Assembly: GCA_963745075.1 (NCBI GenBank)
Contig: CAVUWV010000024.1
Span: 192,001-256,000, forward strand
Direction: 5' to 3'
DNA: 64,000 bases
Source of the DNA: Candidatus Hydrogenedentota bacterium
Lineage (GTDB): Bacteria; Hydrogenedentota; Hydrogenedentia; Hydrogenedentales; SLHB01
Shown here: piece after piece, positions 61,903 to 64,000 of the stretch
How the letters are laid out: each line of letters opens with the position of its first letter
How positions within the stretch are numbered: position 1 is the first letter of the stretch
Translations under genes and position numbers: made by a program
Notes under the pieces: generated by a model
The model's database searches: none
Seen by the model: only the letters and a program-made list of their open reading frames with translations
Told to the model about the DNA's origin: nothing

Positions 61903-62934
61903 CTACTGGTCTACAGAAGCTTTCAACACATTGTCGTTAGCGTAACTCACAAGTTCAAACGCATCGCGCGCCTGCGCCAAAGGGAATGAGTGGGTGATGA
62001 GGGATTTGACATCAAGGCGCCCGGTGGCAACGAGATGGATCGCGGCCGGGAAATTGAAACGGAATCGCCGGCACCACGTAATCGTCAGTTCTTTGCGGCG
62101 TGCAACATCCACGGGAAAGCGACCGTATTCTTCTCCAGAGATCCCGGTGAGCACGCAGCGGCCGGCCGGGCGGGCTACGCGGCACGCGAGATCGGGGGTT
62201 TCTGTGGACCGCGCGCAGTCGATTGCCACGTCAACGCCTCGTCCGTTGGTCGCATCCATAATCGCTGCGACGGTGTCCGCATCGGATACGTTCATTGCGG
62301 TGTCGACACCATACCGTTCCGATGCGGCGACACGGTAGTCCAACAAGTCCGTGCCGAGGATGGCGCCCGCACCGGCGACTCGCGCCACTTGGGCCGTGAG
62401 CAGGCCAATGGGGCCGAGCCCGAGTATGGCCACGGCCTCGCCGGGTATCAGGTGCGCCAGTTCGATGGTGTGCAAGGCCACCGCGAGCGGCTCCATCATG
62501 GCCGCCTCGGCCGGAGACACCACGTCGGGGACGGGAAAGCAGAAGGCCGCGTGTACCGCGATATACTCGCACAGGGCGCCATCGTGGGGCGGTCCGCCGG
62601 GGAATTTGAGGCTTTGGCACACGTTATAGTGGCCTTTGAGGCAGTATTCGCAGCGCAGACACGGAATCCCGGGTTCGACTGCAACACGCTTGCCGACCAG
62701 CGTTGGATCCGCTTCGGCGCCGACTGCTTCCACGATACCGGCATATTCGTGCCCGAGAATCAGCGGATCCGTGACGACCGTCTTTCCGATCCGGCCATCC
62801 ACGTAGTAGTGCATGTCGGAGCCGCACACGCCGGTCGACTCAATGCGGATGAGGGCCTCGACGGGACTGGGCGTTGGAACCTCAACGTCGACCGTCCGCA
62901 TGTCACGGGGGGCGAACCACTTCACAGCTTTCAC
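61903..62934 (-). CDS. Zinc-dependent medium-chain (sorbitol-dehydrogenase-like) dehydrogenase
   Basis: GVCGSDMH, GHE, CLRCEYC..C structural Zn, GLGPIG. Confidence 0.9.
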   Translation of the reverse strand: MKAVKWFAPRDMRTVDVEVPTPSPVEALIRIESTGVCGSDMHYYVDGRIGKTVVTDPLILGHEYAGIVEAVGAEADPTLVGKRVAVEPGIPCLRCEYCLKGHYNVCQSLKFPGGPPHDGALCEYIAVHAAFCFPVPDVVSPAEAAMMEPLAVALHTIELAHLIPGEAVAILGLGPIGLLTAQVARVAGAGAILGTDLLDYRVAASERYGVDTAMNVSDADTVAAIMDATNGRGVDVAIDCARSTETPDLACRVARPAGRCVLTGISGEEYGRFPVDVARRKELTITWCRRFRFNFPAAIHLVATGRLDVKSLITHSFPLAQARDAFELVSYANDNVLKASVDQ

Positions 62935-63112
62935 GTGAGAACGTATACTCCGTTTTCATTTGGAGAACTTCAGCCGGGAATCTATCAAACGGCAACATGT
63001 GAAGGTAGCACTTGGGGGGGAGTAAACACAAGCAGGTCCAAGTCAAAACGGGGAAGGAAGTTGTGCGTGGCGAGCCGGAGACGCGGGGGATCGTCTCGGC
63101 GGCGGCAGGGGC

Positions 63113-63676
63113 TTAGTTGAATGACTGCGACGCAGCGGTCCCGTTGGAACCCGTCTGCAGCCCTTCGGCCATGCTCGTGTGCCGCTCGATGGCGAGGTTC
63201 ATGAAGTCTTCCGCCAGATTGGCATCTACGGGAAAACTCGTCACGGTGTAGCCAAACTCTTTCACGATCTGCTTCAAGTCCGCGCTGAGCCGTTCAATTA
63301 CCCGCCGGGCGCCTTCTTCGGGCGTTTCCACGAGCAGAATTGCCAGACCGTGTTGGTTCAGACTGAACACCTGGTCGGTGGAACGGAGTTCATCGGAAAG
63401 TTGCATACCGATACGGGGCACGACATCGTCCGTATCTTCGGCGATCGACAATGTAACGAGAGTCGTCGATGCCGGGTATCGTATCGAGCGTTCAATCTCT
63501 TCGCGGACGCGCGCATGCAGATAGGTTTCCGTCCGTAGCCCGCTGGAGGGATCGCGGTACGCAAGTTTTTCTAACAAATGGCAACGTCGTTCCAACTCCG
63601 TGCGAAGTTGAACCTCTTCGCGTAAGCGGTTTTGCAAGTCGTCTATGGCATTTCGTAACTTCTCGATATCATCCAT
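63113..63676 (-). CDS. Coiled coil plus degenerate GGDEF-like domain protein
   Basis: LAYRDPSSGL..EEIERS.RY, LR.TD, ILL.ET..EGA; GGDEF signature absent. Confidence 0.7.
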   Translation of the reverse strand: MDDIEKLRNAIDDLQNRLREEVQLRTELERRCHLLEKLAYRDPSSGLRTETYLHARVREEIERSIRYPASTTLVTLSIAEDTDDVVPRIGMQLSDELRSTDQVFSLNQHGLAILLVETPEEGARRVIERLSADLKQIVKEFGYTVTSFPVDANLAEDFMNLAIERHTSMAEGLQTGSNGTAASQSFN

Positions 63677-63707
63677 TCGTGATCTCCCTCCCAGCCTCGA
63701 ACGGGCC

Positions 63708-63722
63708 GCAAAACACGTGCCA
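63708..63722 (-). promoter_or_regulatory. sigma54 promoter of the GGDEF-like gene
   Basis: Minus strand TGGCACGTGTTTTGC, exact TGGCAC-N5-TTGC consensus. Confidence 0.7.
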
Positions 63723-63828
63723 ATTGGGAACACGAGTTGGACTTCGTTATAACCCATTGGAACTTAGTGGTTTGAAGATCTGTTGAATTTCGGATGGCGA
63801 CTGTGGCAGAGTGTTAGATGGGTTTTAG

Positions 63829-63846
63829 GTTGTCATATTTGACAAC
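63829..63846. promoter_or_regulatory. Palindromic operator / putative upstream activator site
   Basis: GTTGTCA-TATT-TGACAAC perfect 7-4-7 palindrome about 110 bp upstream of the sigma54 site. Confidence 0.5.
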
Positions 63847-64000
63847 TTTTTTATTGTTGGTGACAAGATCTTCCAGGTGAAGTTTCGATCCAACTCTTGA
63901 CAAGTCCATCAAAGGCCGGTAGCATGGTAATTGTGTACGTGAGGGCCAATTAGTGCGTAAACTGTAAACGAGTGTCGCTACATTGGAACTGCCATCCGCC

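Overview
GC-rich bacterial chromosomal window. The DUF1559 prepilin-like protein, FGE-sulfatase-domain lipoprotein, Tat sulfatases and GH78/GH30/DUF1080 enzymes suggest a PVC-like or Candidatus Hydrogenedentota-like organism (inference only). It holds carbohydrate and sulfatase genes, a 12-gene sigma54-preceded chemosensory operon whose CheA carries four MshEN-like repeats, a pyruvoyl arginine decarboxylase, a tRNA-modification/housekeeping block (miaB, folD, pepA, mtaB, larE-like), an IS4 remnant and a small HNH island. About ten genes, including miaB and pepA, carry small indels, so the assembly probably has long-read errors. No rRNA, tRNA or CRISPR array was seen. Best leads: (1) a DUF559/Vsr-like endonuclease gene bracketed by two copies of a ~166-bp palindromic unit, with two more gene-free copies nearby, a RAYT/REPIN-like architecture using a different nuclease; (2) a 515-aa ORF with a Rep_trans-like YDK..RIE core and a C-terminal wHTH, with hairpin ends and an RBS-sequestering structure, a possible non-DDE mobile element; (3) two paralogous ~32-aa basic micro-peptides flanking an outer-membrane beta-barrel gene; (4) an HNH-DUF3298 fusion split by a single in-frame TGA.
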